From assembly GCA_015520735.1 (NCBI GenBank), contig WAPN01000016.1, forward strand, positions 12,785-76,784: a DNA stretch of 64,000 bases, given 5' to 3'. The notes below the pieces were generated by a model that did not search any database, was not told where the DNA came from, and worked only from the letters and a program-made list of their open reading frames with translations. Origin of the DNA: Desulfurococcales archaeon. GTDB lineage: Archaea > Thermoproteota > Thermoprotei_A > Sulfolobales > Desulfurococcaceae. Position 1 is the stretch's first letter, and each line of letters starts with the position of its first letter. This document shows positions 18,872 through 28,813 of the stretch, one piece after another. The position numbers were made by a program, and so were the translations under genes.

Positions 18872-19081
18872 TTAGAACTCAACTACTTCGGGGCAGTTCA
18901 GTTCTTCCAGCACCTTGTCGACTTTACTGATAGGTATAACTAGGGTAACCAGCTTACGTTTTGTACGCACCTTGATCTTGGCTTTTCCATTTTTCTCATC
19001 CTTTACAACCCTGCATTCAATAGCTTGCGGAATGTATTGTTTGAGCTCATCGACACTGCTTACTTGTATAGGTGCCAACAC
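18872..19081 (-). CDS. rpl38e: 50S ribosomal protein L38e
   Basis: 69 aa. ELKQYI...KAKIKVRTKRKLVTLVIPISKVDKVLEEL aligns by eye with eukaryotic eL38 (EIKDFL...[28 protein letters not shown]). Confidence 0.6.
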   Translation of the reverse strand: MLAPIQVSSVDELKQYIPQAIECRVVKDEKNGKAKIKVRTKRKLVTLVIPISKVDKVLEELNCPEVVEF

Positions 19082-19147
19082 CGCTTACCTCCAGTATTAA
19101 TTACTGTTCTTGTCAGGAGAACTTCACGTTTATGATGATTTAAAAAG

Positions 19148-19250
19148 GTGGCGCCGGGGCGGGGATTCGAACCCCGGACCACCGGGTCTCTGCCAGGCTT
19201 CGAACCCGTGGTTAACAGCCCGGCGCTCTACCTGGCTGAGCTACCCCGGC
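19148..19250 (-). tRNA. tRNA-Asn(GUU) with a 26-nt intron after position 37; CCA encoded
   Basis: Hand fold: acceptor GCCGGGG/CCCCGGC, D arm GCUC/GAGC, anticodon arm CCGGG-CUGUUAA-CCCGG after removal of ACCACGGGUUCGGAAGCCUGGCAGAG, T arm CGGGG-UUCGAAU-CCCCG, then GCCA. Confidence 0.85.
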
Positions 19251-19348
19251 TCCGGCTATTTGATAATACTGTGTTGGGTTTTATTGTTTTCGGGAGACTC
19301 TGAAAATATTTTCGTCAACCCCCCTATCATAAATATGGTATCAAGTTA

Positions 19349-19624
19349 GTGGGTGGGCTAGTATTGGCTCGATATACTGTTAACGTAACCATAGATTTGA
19401 GGCTATTAGCAATTAAGCTAAGGGAGAGCGGTAAAAGATTTGTCAAAGTCCATGAGATAGCGTATGATCTGGCTGTCTCACCAAGGACTGCTGGGAAGAT
19501 TCTCAATAGTATGGCGAGACTAGGCTATCTTATCAAATGGAGTGATAGTGTGTATATGGTAGTCTATGAAAAACCGAGAAGAAATATCGGTATCTCCGAC
19601 GACGTTATCGCTAGAAACCTATGA
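19349..19624 (+). CDS. Small winged-helix-like hypothetical protein
   Basis: [33 protein letters not shown] looks like an HTH plus wing. GTG start. The 3' end overlaps the EF-2 3' end by 14 nt (convergent). Confidence 0.35.
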   Translation: MGGLVLARYTVNVTIDLRLLAIKLRESGKRFVKVHEIAYDLAVSPRTAGKILNSMARLGYLIKWSDSVYMVVYEKPRRNIGISDDVIARNL

Positions 19625-21830
19625 AGTCCTCTGGCCTCGGCGGCTCTGGCCTCAGGCCTTTGCGTTCTCTAATCTTTCTCACTATATCCATTAGCATGCT
19701 GTCAGGTACAGGTGCCCATCTACTGAACTCTTGTCCCCAGATAGCCTTGCCAGCAGTTGCCCCTCTCAGTTGCTCGGCCAAATCAAATGTTTCGGCGACA
19801 GGGATTTCTGCTAAGATCCTTGCGACCGGTCCCTGCTGGGAGACCTGCAATATTCTTCCCCTCTTTTTCGTTATTATTGTTGTTATATTGCCTAGGTACT
19901 CTATAGGCGCCTTTATATCGAGCTTCTGTATGGGCTCTAGTAGTGTCGGTTTGGCGGTTAACATGCCAGCGTAGATGGCATTTCTTATAGCGGGATAGAT
20001 TTGTCCTGGGCCGCGGTGTGCTGGGTCTTCGTGTACTACTGCATCGTGGAGCTTGACCTTGACCCCTCTTACAGGCTCCATTGCTAATGGTCCTTCGCGC
20101 ATGGCTAGTCTGAAGCCTTGTATGATAGTGTCTTTGACTTCACGTAGGTGTTGTACACCCGAGGTTAGGTCTATGAATACGTTGATTGTTTCGTCAATGG
20201 CCCATATTCTTCTTGCTTCATCAGCGGGCCATCCTCCCTGTTCACGCAATATCTTGGCACGCTCTTTTGCATCCATATCTTCGGTTATTATGCCATCGTG
20301 AATCAGCTGTATGGTCTTCTCATCGAGCGGCTCGACACTTATGTAAAACTTGTTGTGCTTGTTGGGTGATTTGCCTTCAAATATCTTGCTGGCAGCTCTT
20401 ATGCTCTCACGGTATACGATTACCGGTGGTGAAGCAACTACTTCTAATCCGTGGTTCTCCTTCAAGAATGTAAGCGCTATTTCGATGTGGAGGGGACCCA
20501 TACCGCTTAGTAGATATTCCCCTGTCTCCTCGTTGATTCTTACGACCAAGCTTGGATCCTCAATGCTTAGCTTATGGAGAGCCTCTATTAGTTTGGGCAG
20601 GTCGCGTGGGTTCTTTGGCTCTATAGCTACGGTTACCACGGGCTCGCTGATAGTTCTTAGTTTTTCGAACGGCACTATTACGTCCTGATACTTTATATCT
20701 ACAACGGTCTCTCCCGCTCTAGCTTTATCTAATCCTAAGACTGCAGCAATGTTTCCTGCAACTATTTCATCAGCTATTTCTCTATATGGACCCATGTATA
20801 GGCTTACCTGTAGGATCTTCTGTTTAGTCCTTGCGTTGACAAGCCATACTTCTTCTCCGGGGCGTAGTGTTCCTGAGAATACACGTCCTGTTCCTACGAG
20901 TCCTGCGTGGGGATCTATGCGCATGTCATTGATAAGCATTACAACGGGCCCGTTAGGATCTGCTTCAAGCATGGCTTTTCCAATCTCACTATTGAGGTCT
21001 CCATGCCAAATCTTTGGGATCCTATATTTCTGGGCTTCTCTCGGGTTTGGTATGAATTTCACAACCATATCCAGTATTGCTTCATGTAGTGGTGCGAGTT
21101 TCTGTAGCTCTGGAAGGGCATCTTTACCTTTCTTGTAGAGATCTATTATGTCGCTAAACTTTATTCCACGTTGCTTGGCCATGGGAACTGTGAAGCCCCA
21201 CCTGTCACGTGCTGAGCCAAAAGCAACATGTCCTTTTGCAGGATCTAATTGCCACTTAGTCTTGAACTCTGGGTCAGCGTACATTGATATTAGCTGGTTA
21301 ACTTCTTTTATTATTTGTATGAATCTCTGTTGTATCTCTTGAGGGCTTAGCCTGAGCTCCTTGATCAACCTGTCTACCTTGTTGATAAATAGTACTGGTC
21401 GTACACGTTCTTCGAGAGCCATTCGTAGGTACATCTCTGTCTGAGTCATTACGCCCTCAACGGCGTCAACAACTAGAATAGCACCATCTAGTACCCTTAG
21501 GCTTCTAGTAGTCTTAGCTGAGAAATCCACGTGGCCTGGAGTGTCTATTAGGTTAATAACATATGGTTTTCCTCGGTATTCGTGATACAGGCTCACGTTC
21601 GCCGATTTTACAGTGATCCCTCTCTTCTGCTCTACATCTAGATAGTCAAGCGCTAGAGCCTGTCCTGCGATCTTCTCTGAGATTATTCCTGCTGCTGCTA
21701 GCAGCGAGTCTGATAATGTGGTCTTACCGTGGTCGACGTGAGCGGTTATACCAATGTTTCTTACCTGTTCGAGATTTTTCATTATCCTAAGTATTTCAGC
21801 TACTTGTTTGTATCTAGGCATATCCATCAA
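19611..21830 (-). CDS. fusA: Translation elongation factor 2 (aEF-2)
   Basis: G1 [20 protein letters not shown], and the diphthamide loop [12 protein letters not shown]. 739 aa. Confidence 0.95.
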   Translation of the reverse strand: MMDMPRYKQVAEILRIMKNLEQVRNIGITAHVDHGKTTLSDSLLAAAGIISEKIAGQALALDYLDVEQKRGITVKSANVSLYHEYRGKPYVINLIDTPGHVDFSAKTTRSLRVLDGAILVVDAVEGVMTQTEMYLRMALEERVRPVLFINKVDRLIKELRLSPQEIQQRFIQIIKEVNQLISMYADPEFKTKWQLDPAKGHVAFGSARDRWGFTVPMAKQRGIKFSDIIDLYKKGKDALPELQKLAPLHEAILDMVVKFIPNPREAQKYRIPKIWHGDLNSEIGKAMLEADPNGPVVMLINDMRIDPHAGLVGTGRVFSGTLRPGEEVWLVNARTKQKILQVSLYMGPYREIADEIVAGNIAAVLGLDKARAGETVVDIKYQDVIVPFEKLRTISEPVVTVAIEPKNPRDLPKLIEALHKLSIEDPSLVVRINEETGEYLLSGMGPLHIEIALTFLKENHGLEVVASPPVIVYRESIRAASKIFEGKSPNKHNKFYISVEPLDEKTIQLIHDGIITEDMDAKERAKILREQGGWPADEARRIWAIDETINVFIDLTSGVQHLREVKDTIIQGFRLAMREGPLAMEPVRGVKVKLHDAVVHEDPAHRGPGQIYPAIRNAIYAGMLTAKPTLLEPIQKLDIKAPIEYLGNITTIITKKRGRILQVSQQGPVARILAEIPVAETFDLAEQLRGATAGKAIWGQEFSRWAPVPDSMLMDIVRKIRERKGLRPEPPRPEDFIGF

Positions 21831-21885
21831 CCTTGCACTTGACCTGTTAAATATACTTCATTGGGTTGAAAATGTCGGTAACGGA

Positions 21886-22968
21886 TTATAAAGCTTGTTT
21901 GCTTATTCGCAATATCTTTTTCTCTAAAATCTCATGTATTATGTTAACTACATATGTGAATTCATACTTAGCCGCTCCTTCGGCAACTGCTGCTGTATCA
22001 TGTCCTCCCCCCACACCACCAAGGAGTTCTCCTAAGTGAGGCATTAGATCTCTTCCTAGACTAATTCCTGTATTTCTCACGAATGATTGTTTTGCCCTAC
22101 CAACAACCCTAAGGATCTTTTTGTGTTTTGATATAATAAACGCGACATCCGCTCCCAAATCTAGAATAGCACGTGCACAACTCGACTCATATGCACTTAC
22201 ATGACTATATCCTATGATCCAATCCCCAATTCTTCTGATTATTAATCTTTGGGCTGCTTTCAATCTTGCTATTCGTTCGGCAATAGGCATTTCATGCTGG
22301 AGAACCGATTGTGCTTTCGAATAGTCCGCATTAAAAATCGAGATTAGATTATATACTGTTGCGAAAGTCTCTCTTGTCGCATAGAAAAAACGTCGTGTAT
22401 CATAAAGTATTCCTGTCAAAAGCAGGGTTGCTATCTCCTTGCACAGGCTCAGTCCCGACGTCAGTATTATCTTGGCTACTATTTCTGATGTGCTGCGGGC
22501 ACTTTGATCGGTTATTGAAATGGAGGCGTTTCTGCATAGTTTGCCTGGACGATGATGATCTATTAATATGTATGGTTTCGTGGCAATAAAGTGGGCGAAT
22601 TCACCTAGTTGTTCCGGATTATTTGTATCGACTATAATGAACGTATCAATATTTATGAGGAGATTTTCGCCCCTCTTAAGATCGAGGATACGGTATTTAT
22701 GCTTCTCAATAAAGTTTAATTCTTGTAAAATATGCTTTGAGATTTCGTTCATCCCCTCGGGCAGCATTATATATGTATTTATTTTCATATTAGATAAAAG
22801 TTCGTGCAGAGCAATTGCTGAAGCAATTGCATCGGGATCAGCGTTTCGATGGGTTAGTATAAATATATTTTCCCCGACAAACTCTGTGAAGAATTTTTCA
22901 AGAAGTTTTTCTATATTTTTGGAGTTCTTGTTCCAATATTTTTCTAGCCACATTAACTGCATCCCCAA
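21886..22968 (-). CDS. DHH/DHHA1 phosphoesterase (NrnA-like oligoribonuclease/pAp phosphatase type)
   Basis: All catalytic motifs are present: HRNADPDAIASAIAL, VDTNN, LIDHHRPG and GGGHDTAAVA. Confidence 0.7.
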   Translation of the reverse strand: MGMQLMWLEKYWNKNSKNIEKLLEKFFTEFVGENIFILTHRNADPDAIASAIALHELLSNMKINTYIMLPEGMNEISKHILQELNFIEKHKYRILDLKRGENLLINIDTFIIVDTNNPEQLGEFAHFIATKPYILIDHHRPGKLCRNASISITDQSARSTSEIVAKIILTSGLSLCKEIATLLLTGILYDTRRFFYATRETFATVYNLISIFNADYSKAQSVLQHEMPIAERIARLKAAQRLIIRRIGDWIIGYSHVSAYESSCARAILDLGADVAFIISKHKKILRVVGRAKQSFVRNTGISLGRDLMPHLGELLGGVGGGHDTAAVAEGAAKYEFTYVVNIIHEILEKKILRISKQAL

Positions 22969-23212
22969 CTATAGCGTCGTAATTTATTATTCCGGCAAAT
23001 TCTCCGTTCAAAACAATATCTATACTGAAATTGATTCTTTTTCCATCATTTTCAAGAAGTATTATAACATCATAATTTGTTTTTGGGGGTACTTGTTTTT
23101 CGATAAAAGATTTTACTTCTTTCTCGATCTTTTCAGCGATAGATGATAGAATATCTTGATCGATGATGTCTAGATTAAGACCTATGATTTTTTCCTTTTT
23201 ACTGACCAACAC
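22898..23212 (-). CDS. Small conserved archaeal protein of unknown function (DUF3194-like from memory)
   Basis: 104 aa, sitting directly downstream of prefoldin beta as in many archaea. It overlaps the DHH gene start by 71 nt. No catalytic motif seen. Confidence 0.4.
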   Translation of the reverse strand: MLVSKKEKIIGLNLDIIDQDILSSIAEKIEKEVKSFIEKQVPPKTNYDVIILLENDGKRINFSIDIVLNGEFAGIINYDAIVGDAVNVARKILEQELQKYRKTS

Positions 23213-23567
23213 TCATCCCATATTTGGATAGCAGTTCTTTTAGCTTTGATTCAGTATCACTTATCTGTTTCGCTAGGATATCCAATTGGTTCTTATATTT
23301 TGTTTTCTTTATTTCTAGAAGCTCCTTCTTTTCTTCAAGCTCTTTCGTTATATCTTCTTTCTTTTTCTTGACCATTACATGGCCTACTAGTTTGTATATT
23401 TCTGCGTCTTCGGGTAGATCCTTAATGTTGCTAAGTATTTGCTCTATCTCTGCTAGCTCACTCTCAACTATTTTTAGTTCTGCTTCAAGTTTTGCATATG
23501 TCTCCCTGAGTGTTTGATAACTAATCAGAGTCTGTTGGACCTCGGGTGGGAGTTTTTGTTGGCTCAT
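23199..23567 (-). CDS. pfdB: Prefoldin beta subunit
   Basis: 122 aa with two long heptad coiled coils flanking a beta-hairpin (YKLVGHVMVKKKKEDI). Typical PfdB position at the end of the exosome superoperon. Confidence 0.85.
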   Translation of the reverse strand: MSQQKLPPEVQQTLISYQTLRETYAKLEAELKIVESELAEIEQILSNIKDLPEDAEIYKLVGHVMVKKKKEDITKELEEKKELLEIKKTKYKNQLDILAKQISDTESKLKELLSKYGMSVGQ

Positions 23568-23811
23568 TTTCTAGCACCTCTAAGCAATGGAGAAGCATTG
23601 ATATAACGCTAAGGTAGCTATTCAGCAGCGCTCTTAAAAGGTTTATCCGTCTGCATGATATAATAATTCTTATCCTGTCTTGATTATTCAGTATAATCCT
23701 ACATTCTCCCGGTACATCGCGTGTGTCGGGGAATATTGAGCTAATTAGGGATTTAGTAAATAAAGAATCATTCATAGTTATCTTCAGTCCAACCTCATAT
23801 TCTTCTGTCAA
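23521..23811 (-). CDS. pcc1: KEOPS complex subunit Pcc1
   Basis: LKITMNDSLFTKSLISSIFPDT...IRIIISCRRINLLRALLNSYLSVISMLL matches the Pcc1 pattern (...A..i..sl.pe......l.i.i.a.d...LRA.lNSyLr). The unconserved tail overlaps pfdB by 47 nt. Confidence 0.6.
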   Translation of the reverse strand: MTEEYEVGLKITMNDSLFTKSLISSIFPDTRDVPGECRIILNNQDRIRIIISCRRINLLRALLNSYLSVISMLLHCLEVLENEPTKTPTRGPTDSD

Positions 23812-24343
23812 CCTTTTTTACCTTCGATACTTTTATAACTGGTCCACATACCTTTTTGTAGATATTAATAAATTCAATTATCGTAAGGTTTGTAGTATCT
23901 TTGAATACGATCTCTATATCATAGTCATCAGTATCTATACGATTGAATAATAATTCAGTAAATATATCTGTTAGGCTGAAACAACGCTCACTTCTGCAGA
24001 GATCATAGCTAATTCTATATTTTTCGGCTCCATAAGTTTTAACGGCATTAGGATTTTCTCTTGAGAGGGTTACCCCTTTGAGTATGATAGAGTACTTATG
24101 TATTAGTATGGGATATTTTGATGTACTATCTATGTAGAAGGCCCTGATCAATGAGGGATTACCGTGTTTTTCGTTGACGACTAATACGTGTTTAGCCTTT
24201 AGTCCATATCCTATTACTGAGAGATCTTTAAGTGTTTTCTTACCTCGGGTAACAACTTTTGCTTCTGGCAGGACGCTAGCAAGATCCTTGACGAAGCTTC
24301 TGGTACGTTGGCTCGGTTTATGTGATGTTGTTATTATGATCAA
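23795..24343 (-). CDS. Brix-domain ribosome biogenesis protein (Imp4 superfamily)
   Basis: MIIITTSHKPSQRTRSFVKDLASVLPEAKVVTRGKKTLKDL is the typical archaeal Brix protein start. Conserved position next to L37Ae. Confidence 0.8.
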   Translation of the reverse strand: MIIITTSHKPSQRTRSFVKDLASVLPEAKVVTRGKKTLKDLSVIGYGLKAKHVLVVNEKHGNPSLIRAFYIDSTSKYPILIHKYSIILKGVTLSRENPNAVKTYGAEKYRISYDLCRSERCFSLTDIFTELLFNRIDTDDYDIEIVFKDTTNLTIIEFINIYKKVCGPVIKVSKVKKVDRRI

Positions 24344-24416
24344 TCAGCATCACTTGGCTTTTTCTTAGAAAACAAAGATGTCGCAGATACACAAATATTG
24401 CGAGAAAACGATGTTG

Positions 24417-24689
24417 CTACTCCCTTATAATATATTTGGGGAAGTATTTACTTAGCTCGGTTCTCGGCACATATGCTCCTCCTGCCCATTTGGCGCCACA
24501 TTTCTTACAAGCCCAGATTCCTACGCTAATCCTGTAGACCTTGCCTTTAGAGCCGCAGAACGGGCATATGTGGTCTGCATATCTTCTCGCTAATATATCT
24601 CTGACTTTCTTTCTTAGTGTGGAACCATATCTTGCACCATATCTACCAGCTATGCCGACCACGCGTGTTCTTTTCGCCACTGGTACCAC
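24417..24689 (-). CDS. rpl37ae: 50S ribosomal protein L37Ae (eL43)
   Basis: GIAGRYGARYGSTLRKKV ... CPFCGS ... CKKCGAKWAGGAY zinc ribbon. Confidence 0.9.
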   Translation of the reverse strand: MVPVAKRTRVVGIAGRYGARYGSTLRKKVRDILARRYADHICPFCGSKGKVYRISVGIWACKKCGAKWAGGAYVPRTELSKYFPKYIIRE

Positions 24690-24700
24690 CTATTTCGCAT

Positions 24701-25564
24701 CTATTGTAAGACTAGTGGAGTAGTGTATGCATTTGGATTATTTAATACTTCTCTTATGATCGAATGAAGTTCTTGTGATTTCTTTAGTGCTAGGTCTATG
24801 AGATCGTCAAGTTGACTCGGTTTAATACCCTCCATACCTGTCTTCTGAATACCAACAATTCTTCCTTTTTCATCTACCCCAACTACTATCTTCGTATCAA
24901 GGACGGTTTCCTCTTCTAGCGTTGGATCAACAATCATGTAGCCCTCGAGTAGCCCAATAGATACCGTTACAACATTAAGATTTATTGGTAAAGGTCTCTC
25001 TTTTACTGTTTTTTCTATTATAACATTATCATCTTCGATGCTAACAATCTTGGGTATTTTAGCCATGTTAAGCGATAACATCGTTGAAAGCATGCTAGCG
25101 TCAATAACGTTCCCATCGTGATCTAGCAGATAAATATCATTGAATACTAGCCATACCTTTTTACCCGGTATTATAACAAGGTCTTCAAGCCTAATAGCTC
25201 TGGGCTCCCTGAGACAACGATCAACTACTCTAGCCGCCTCAATAGCGTTTTCATCTGGTGGGCCTGGCTCAAATGAAGGTGATGCAAGAGGGACAAACTC
25301 TGCATGTACCTGTAGAACCCCCTCATCTGGTCTGTCGCTAAATGGTGTTCCTATCTCTAGTTTAGTGCCCGTCATGACTGTTGTATCGCCTAGTTTGACA
25401 AGAGCACTCCCCTCAGCCTTGGGTACGGGGTTGAGCCATATACTTATTTTTCTAAATTCCTCGGGCTTTCTCCCATCTATTCTTTCTCCTGATTTAATTA
25501 GGCTCTTTATGGTTTCCCTCTTTATCCTCGGAATTATTGGTTGTTTTGTTGGTGTAAGAGACAT
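24701..25564 (-). CDS. rrp42: Exosome complex component Rrp42 (RNase PH-like, non-catalytic)
   Basis: ERIDGRKPEEFRKISI..., a two-domain RNase PH fold, and position after Rrp41. Confidence 0.9.
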   Translation of the reverse strand: MSLTPTKQPIIPRIKRETIKSLIKSGERIDGRKPEEFRKISIWLNPVPKAEGSALVKLGDTTVMTGTKLEIGTPFSDRPDEGVLQVHAEFVPLASPSFEPGPPDENAIEAARVVDRCLREPRAIRLEDLVIIPGKKVWLVFNDIYLLDHDGNVIDASMLSTMLSLNMAKIPKIVSIEDDNVIIEKTVKERPLPINLNVVTVSIGLLEGYMIVDPTLEEETVLDTKIVVGVDEKGRIVGIQKTGMEGIKPSQLDDLIDLALKKSQELHSIIREVLNNPNAYTTPLVLQ

Positions 25565-25575
25565 GTTTTTTCACC

Positions 25576-26301
25576 TCACTTCTCGATAATCTTTAGATAC
25601 TTGTCATGAAGAGTCTTCTTCATCTGATCATAAATCTTCCTGGCTCCTTCTTTGGCGAGTTCAATTGCTCTCCTGAACTCCTCGAGTGTGAGTACCCCGT
25701 TTAGCTGTAGTAGCATAATTTCGTCGATACTTGCCGCATAACCTATAGGCATATCTGCTTCTCCATATTCGTCCTCTAGCTCATCAATATCAAGTACTAG
25801 AACACCATCAACTTTTCCTACAGCGACTCCCGCTATCAGATCTCTCATGGGTATGCCTGCATCGGCTAATGCTAGCGAAGCCGCTGTTAGACCTGTTGTT
25901 CGTGTACCTCCGTCAGCTTGTAGTACTTCTATGAATATATCTATACTTGTACGTGGGAATAGTTCGCTGAATATGACGGCTTCGAGAGCTTCTCTGATTA
26001 CTTTAGATAACTCTATTTCTCTCCTACTTGGAGCAGGGCTTTTCCTATCGCTGGTTGAGAATGGTGCCATATGGTATCTGCATCTAATTAGTGCTCTATC
26101 GGGTAATGCCAAGTGTCTAGGGTGTACTTCTCTTGGCCCATATACTGCTGCTACAACCTTTGTCTTTCCATACTCAACGTAAGCTGATCCATCTGCGTTC
26201 TTTAGGATTCCGACCTGCATTTTTATCGGTCTAAGCTCATCGGGTCTTCTACCATCATGCCTTAGCCCATCATCCCTGATCAGAACGGGTTTTTCAATCA
26301 T
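25576..26301 (-). CDS. rrp41: Exosome complex exonuclease Rrp41 (RNase PH-like, catalytic)
   Basis: [22 protein letters not shown], the phosphate-binding GGTRTT region, and 241 aa. Confidence 0.9.
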   Translation of the reverse strand: MIEKPVLIRDDGLRHDGRRPDELRPIKMQVGILKNADGSAYVEYGKTKVVAAVYGPREVHPRHLALPDRALIRCRYHMAPFSTSDRKSPAPSRREIELSKVIREALEAVIFSELFPRTSIDIFIEVLQADGGTRTTGLTAASLALADAGIPMRDLIAGVAVGKVDGVLVLDIDELEDEYGEADMPIGYAASIDEIMLLQLNGVLTLEEFRRAIELAKEGARKIYDQMKKTLHDKYLKIIEK

Positions 26302-26321
26302 ATACTCTCACCTATCATGCT

Positions 26322-27047
26322 TTAAGCAAGTTCTTTGTCCAGAAACATTCTTACATGCTCAGTTAACCCACGCATATGGGCTCTTGACTCTATTAGTCTT
26401 ATCGCCCTGACCACTACCTCGCTACTTCTTTCATCTTTGCATCTTACCCATACGACGCCATTCTGGGCAACCAGAATATTGCATCCCGTCTTGCTTGTTA
26501 GAAGGTTTAGCATACTGCCCTTTTTCCCAATGACCCTAGGTACCCTACTAGGTTCTATCTCTATTACAATGCCCTCGGTTATTTTTCCTAGTCCTTTACC
26601 CTTAACTGTTAGTAAAAGATCACGAGTTCTATCAAATACAGCTATTTTTGCGACAATATAGTCGCCGACATCAATATAGTCTCTAAGGTTAGTTGTTATA
26701 GGGCTGAAGTTTTCAATTACCTCGCCAGCATTAAGCACGGCCTTGTACGGAGCCCTGATATCTAATAACCAATTTGTTATCCCAACACCAACCACTAATC
26801 CAATGATGGTATCTCCTACTCTCGGGAAGTATCTGCCTTCAAGCGGTATAACTGATATATCGTTATCGTTGACTGAGGCCAATCCGAGCACTGTCGATAT
26901 GATCTTATCCTCGTAGATGTAGACGTGTTTCTCTGGGTTATAGCTGGGCCTCTGAATCTTTTGTTCCACTACAGCTAATATATCTCCTGGCCTGACGATT
27001 TGCCTGTCAGCTACCAATATCTTTAGTTGGCTAGACATTGTGATCAC
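26322..27047 (-). CDS. rrp4: Exosome complex RNA-binding protein Rrp4 (S1 + KH)
   Basis: The N-terminal domain, an S1 barrel and a KH motif (VIGKKGSMLNLL). Start overlaps the SBDS stop by 4 nt. Confidence 0.9.
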   Translation of the reverse strand: MITMSSQLKILVADRQIVRPGDILAVVEQKIQRPSYNPEKHVYIYEDKIISTVLGLASVNDNDISVIPLEGRYFPRVGDTIIGLVVGVGITNWLLDIRAPYKAVLNAGEVIENFSPITTNLRDYIDVGDYIVAKIAVFDRTRDLLLTVKGKGLGKITEGIVIEIEPSRVPRVIGKKGSMLNLLTSKTGCNILVAQNGVVWVRCKDERSSEVVVRAIRLIESRAHMRGLTEHVRMFLDKELA

Positions 27048-27739
27048 CTTACATGTAGGATCTTTACTTGTGCGGAGCCATGAGTCACCTTATTTAATCT
27101 GTCTATGACTTCGTCTTGCATTCCGGCGGGTATTTCTAGCTCTATAAGGAGGCTTCCATCGCTAAGCCAATTAGTTCGCTTAATAGTACCGAGCGATGGA
27201 AGGATCTTGTATGCTTTTCCCGAATATTGTGGGGGGATCTTAACCGCGATATACGCTTTAGCCACTTTGATAGGGATTATCCTAGATATTTTTGATATTA
27301 TTTCTTCAAACTGTGCCTCCGGCGGCTTGAAGGGATCTATGGATACTCGAGCCTGCTCCATAGCCAACTCTATTCTCTTAGGAGGTATGGGGAGTTTTGT
27401 CTTAGGGTCTATTACGTTCTTCGCTATGAGATTAATTATCTGCCTCTTCTTTAGTTCGAGTAGTTTTCTCCTCTGCTCAGCTGTTAAATGAATCTCGCCT
27501 CTTTTAATGATCTCTATGGCTACTTTTTTAATGTCATCGGTGCCGAAAACGCTTTTAAGGGATTCCGGCGAGGCTTTTAGCCCTTTTCTAGCGTCTTTAT
27601 ACACCATGTCGCCTACAAGTAATTCATCAATGTTAACTTGTTTTCCCTCTTTTACCTTGAGGGCTAAATCAGGATTGACTAGAATCTCAAATCTATGGCC
27701 CTTGTATTCAAAACGGGCAATTACATATTTTCCGGACAT
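27044..27739 (-). CDS. Ribosome maturation protein SBDS/Sdo1
   Basis: ARFEYKGHRFEILVNPDLALK... FYSH-domain start, 231 aa, in the canonical position between PsmA and Rrp4. Confidence 0.85.
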   Translation of the reverse strand: MSGKYVIARFEYKGHRFEILVNPDLALKVKEGKQVNIDELLVGDMVYKDARKGLKASPESLKSVFGTDDIKKVAIEIIKRGEIHLTAEQRRKLLELKKRQIINLIAKNVIDPKTKLPIPPKRIELAMEQARVSIDPFKPPEAQFEEIISKISRIIPIKVAKAYIAVKIPPQYSGKAYKILPSLGTIKRTNWLSDGSLLIELEIPAGMQDEVIDRLNKVTHGSAQVKILHVR

Positions 27740-27799
27740 GTTATCACCAAGAAAACTCTACTGTTAAATAATAATTGTTAACCAATAAAATCATCTAGA

Positions 27800-28537
27800 C
27801 TATGTTTGTTGTTCTTCGAGTTCCTCTAGGTACTTGGCGATTTCTTCGGTGCTGAGTATTTTGAATGTTCTGGTCTTAGTGTCAATATATCCTATTTCTA
27901 AATTTGATGCTTCTAGCTTCTTTTCTAGAGCTTTTATTAGAGCGGATATTCCAATCTTTATTGTCTCTTTTATTGGAACATCGTATTTGTAGTGTTTTTC
28001 GAGATATTCTGTCGCTGCATTGCTCTTTGCGCCTAGAGCGACCGCATAATAGCTCATGTACCTACCGCTAGGCTCGGTCATAATGAGCTGGGGGCCGTTC
28101 TCATCAACGCCAACAAATATTACTGCTACACCAAAAGGTCTAACGCCAGCATGCTGTGTGTATGCTTGTTTTATATCACATATTTGCTTAGCAAGGTACT
28201 CAACAGTTATTGGTTCGTCATAGTAGAATCTATGTAATAGAGCGAGCTGACGTGCATAGTCAACGAGTACTCTACCATCACTTGCTATTCCTGCAAAGCT
28301 AGCGCCTATATGGTCATCTACCTTAAAGATTTTTTGTATCGGTGAAGTATCCATCAAAGGTGATATCTTTCTTTTTTCAACGATTACGGCAGCGCCTTCT
28401 TTTCCTCTAATGCCAATTGTTGTCCATCCTTGCCTTACTGCCTCGAATGCATACTCTACCTGGTATAGACGCCCGTCAGGCGAGAATATCGTTATTGCTC
28501 TATCGTATGCTGCTGCGGCCGATATACCTAGACCCAT
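27800..28537 (-). CDS. psmA: Proteasome subunit alpha
   Basis: YDRAITIFSPDGRLYQVEYA alpha-subunit signature, 245 aa. Confidence 0.95.
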   Translation of the reverse strand: MGLGISAAAAYDRAITIFSPDGRLYQVEYAFEAVRQGWTTIGIRGKEGAAVIVEKRKISPLMDTSPIQKIFKVDDHIGASFAGIASDGRVLVDYARQLALLHRFYYDEPITVEYLAKQICDIKQAYTQHAGVRPFGVAVIFVGVDENGPQLIMTEPSGRYMSYYAVALGAKSNAATEYLEKHYKYDVPIKETIKIGISALIKALEKKLEASNLEIGYIDTKTRTFKILSTEEIAKYLEELEEQQT

Positions 28538-28627
28538 GAAAACATCCCTCGATATTAAAATATTATTCTACCTCTAAACCTAATGTTTTAGAGAGCAATA
28601 TTAAATTTGTTACAGAAGCCTGTTCAC

Positions 28628-28685
28628 CCTATGATGAGGAGTCCGACTACTGAGCTTTGCAATGAGGAGATGACGGGTTCTGAGG
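28628..28685 (+). ncRNA. Candidate C/D box sRNA (2'-O-methylation guide)
   Basis: C ATGATGA (28631-37), 12-nt guide GGAGTCCGACTA, D' CTGA (28650-53), 8-nt spacer, C' ATGAGGA (28662-68), 11-nt guide GATGACGGGTT, D CTGA (28680-83). AT-rich AATATTAAATTT lies ~25-30 nt upstream. The region is intergenic. Confidence 0.6.
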
Positions 28686-28706
28686 ATATAAATACTCCAG
28701 ATGAAA

Positions 28707-28813
28707 TGGTGCGGGGGGTGGGATTTGAACCCACGCAGGCCTACGCCAGCGGATCTCCCCCCAGGCACCTGGACTTAAGTCCGCCCCCTTTGACCAGGCT
28801 CGGGCACCCCCGC
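28707..28813 (-). tRNA. tRNA-Leu(UAA) with a 19-nt intron after position 37; CCA encoded
   Basis: Hand fold: acceptor GCGGGGG/CCCCCGC, anticodon arm GCGGA-CUUAAGA-UCCGC after removal of UCCAGGUGCCUGGGGGGAG, 14-nt variable arm, T arm GUGGG-UUCAAAU-CCCAC, then ACCA. 88 + 19 = 107 nt. Confidence 0.85.

Noticed and set aside
19120-19147. A perfect C-box-like ATGATGA just outside the 3' end of tRNA-Asn.
   Set aside because: No D or D' box follows at guide distance on that strand. The sequence runs straight into the antisense of the tRNA.
19110-19349. A 79-aa plus-strand ORF.
   Set aside because: It runs antisense across tRNA-Asn(GUU) and has no coding signal outside the tRNA.
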